From assembly GCA_039638295.1 (NCBI GenBank), contig JBDIWJ010000014.1, positions 1 to 36,482 of the forward strand: a stretch of DNA of 36,482 nucleotides, read 5' to 3'. Below, piece by piece: positions 35,013 to 36,482 of this stretch (its first letter is position 1; each line of letters starts with the position of its first letter). Under the pieces are notes generated by a model that worked only from the letters and a program-made list of their open reading frames with translations, searched no databases and had not been told where the DNA came from. Source of the DNA: Candidatus Phoenicimicrobium oleiphilum. Lineage in GTDB: Bacteria; Atribacterota; Phoenicimicrobiia; Phoenicimicrobiales; Phoenicimicrobiaceae. Both the position numbers and the translations under genes were made by a program.

Positions 35013-36254
35013 TTATCTCCTCTTTAATTTAATGAAGATTCCTATTAAAATAGCTAAGATTATTACTATAATTCCAATACCTATCCAGCCCCATTTAGTA
35101 GAAGTCTTTACAGTAGTTCGTATTTCTACCCTTTTTTGGTCTTGGGTCCCAGCAGTTGTCAAGCTGATCATATAATCACCTGGTAAAGTTCTTGATGGTG
35201 TTTTTACAATTACCTCTACTTTTTCAGGTTTTTGAGTTTCTGCTATGGGAGGCAAAGAAGATATTTTTTCTGGTTTGAAAGTTACTTCCCAATCTTCTGG
35301 TTTTGTAGAAAAGAAACTTAAACTATCAATAGCTGCTGAACCTTCATTCCAAACATAGACTGTAAATGTTTTTTCTTCACCAGCGATTGTATCTATGTTT
35401 AACAATCCTGTTTCAGTTCTTAAATTAAGTTTATAGGTCCCAGTAACGATTGCTTTAAGGTCGATAGATGCTCTATTTTCTTCAGATTCTACTATAAAAG
35501 TTATAGGGTATTCACCTTTTTCTACGAATACAGGGGGAACAACTGTAAGAGATAAATTTTCTGTACTATCCTTATTTATTTTTATAGAAGATATGCGCTC
35601 ATCTTTCCATTGAGGAGTGCAATAAGCACTCCATCCCCTTGGCAGTTGAATACCTAAATCACACATAAGAGTCTCTTCGGTTTTGTTTTTTACCTCTATA
35701 CTAAACTTAAATTCTTTGCCAGCTGGGTTTTCTATGGTAGGATATTTAGTAGTCATCTCAATATTTCCTGGCTCTTTTTCTTCAGTCTCCTCTTTTTTCT
35801 CAGTAATCCCAATGATAATATCCATAGTCTTTTCGATCTGCTGGTCTTTAGTAATACCTTTTAAAGTGAATTTGTAATTTCCACTTACAACTTCTTCGGG
35901 TACTTTAATATGAAATTTTAATGTTTTGGAATTATCGGGTTCTTCAGCAAGCAATACTACCTTGTGAACCTCGAAACCTTTCCAAGTACTATTTTTTAAA
36001 AGGGCCTCCCAGTTAGTAGCCTGTTCATCAGGAATAACCGAAAGGAATATTTCCTCCATTTCACGACCAGTATTAATAATTTTTACATCCAAATCCAATT
36101 CTTCTGTCTTTCCCAAAACTATATCAGTATATTCGCTATAAAGAATAAAATCTCTATCAAGTTTGCTATCTTGAGCCCAAACAATATTTCCTAAAATTAA
36201 AAATATTAAAATTATAAATCCAAAAAGAAAAATATTTTTAGTTTTATTATTCAT
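35013..36254 (-). CDS. COG1470-like surface protein with Ig-like/NEW3 (NPCBM-associated) repeats
   Basis: Signal peptide. Three beta-sandwich repeats (V.N.G...P.GW...G.Y). C-terminal TM helix with a KLKRR tail. GGGAGG RBS. Confidence 0.82.
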   Translation of the reverse strand: MNNKTKNIFLFGFIILIFLILGNIVWAQDSKLDRDFILYSEYTDIVLGKTEELDLDVKIINTGREMEEIFLSVIPDEQATNWEALLKNSTWKGFEVHKVVLLAEEPDNSKTLKFHIKVPEEVVSGNYKFTLKGITKDQQIEKTMDIIIGITEKKEETEEKEPGNIEMTTKYPTIENPAGKEFKFSIEVKNKTEETLMCDLGIQLPRGWSAYCTPQWKDERISSIKINKDSTENLSLTVVPPVFVEKGEYPITFIVESEENRASIDLKAIVTGTYKLNLRTETGLLNIDTIAGEEKTFTVYVWNEGSAAIDSLSFFSTKPEDWEVTFKPEKISSLPPIAETQKPEKVEVIVKTPSRTLPGDYMISLTTAGTQDQKRVEIRTTVKTSTKWGWIGIGIIVIILAILIGIFIKLKRR

Positions 36255-36331
36255 ATTTATTACCTCCCTGGTTATCTATTTTAAAAATTTATCAAAGCCA
36301 GTGTTTTATTATATAGGTTTATATGTTTCTA

Positions 36332-36367
36332 CCTTTAAAATTTTAAAGGAAAATTGAAATTTGTCAA
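36332..36367 (-). promoter_or_regulatory. Putative promoter with overlapping perfect palindrome
   Basis: Minus strand TTGACA (36367-36362)-N16-TAAAAT (36345-36340). CCTTTAAAATTTTAAAGG (36332-36349) covers the -10 box. Confidence 0.55.
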
Positions 36368-36390
36368 GGTTCCTATAGAAATTTGTTATC

Positions 36391-36442
36391 TAAAAGATAA
36401 AACCGGACTGTTTTATAATGATTTAAAAGATAAAAGTGGACT
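36391..36442. repeat. Direct repeat pair, 33-bp period
   Basis: TAAAAGATAAAACCGGACT (36391-36409) / TAAAAGATAAAAGTGGACT (36424-36442), 17/19. Confidence 0.6.
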
Positions 36443-36482
36443 ACCCAAAAACAGTAAAAAGGTATAATTTAGAACTAAATTC

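Noticed and set aside
504..35877. The many short antisense or overlapping ORFs in the track (e.g. 504-851, 9861-10319, 28891-29286, 32563-33087)
   Set aside because: They shadow well-supported genes on the opposite strand or frame and have no RBS or recognisable motifs.
1..36482. tRNA, rRNA, riboswitch, prophage or defence genes
   Set aside because: No cloverleaf, rRNA-like segment, recognisable riboswitch consensus, integrase or nuclease motif was seen. An Rfam/Infernal scan would be needed to exclude small ncRNAs.

Overview
AT-rich bacterial chromosomal segment, about one-third GC by eye. The gene content suggests an anaerobic sugar fermenter; an Atribacterota/Thermotogota/Firmicutes-like origin is inference only. 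Most of the window is carbohydrate uptake and catabolism. (1) gnd (5'-truncated by the window), a LarA-family nickel-pincer epimerase, a PPi-type phosphofructokinase, a HAD phosphatase and an AfuABC-type sugar-phosphate ABC transporter, converging on a ribokinase-family kinase with the PPi-dependent RxGRGD signature. (2) A decayed acyl-CoA dehydratase activase locus carrying a deletion, a frameshift and a nonsense codon. (3) A CUT1 ABC operon whose ATPase and binding-protein genes are fused by a deletion, followed by a TIM-barrel metalloenzyme and two GH130 beta-mannoside enzymes. (4) A LacI-regulated CUT1 transporter, GH65 phosphorylase and beta-phosphoglucomutase operon with two clear operators. 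(5) A second PPi-type kinase paralog, a lysophospholipase, a cation/H+ antiporter, and a minus-strand COG1470/NEW3 protein with an ABC-2 exporter. Intergenic DNA holds GTAG-type REP hairpins and doublets, a 91-bp MITE with a TTA duplication, and two copies of a composite 7-/8-mer repeat element. The best candidate for an undescribed system is an ATP-sparing, PPi/Pi-driven pathway for inositol-phosphate and compatible-solute scavenging, with two differently tuned PPi-inositol kinases, plus a LarA-type sugar-acid epimerase linked to gnd. No rRNA, tRNA or CRISPR array was seen. All family calls come from motif recognition, not from database searches.
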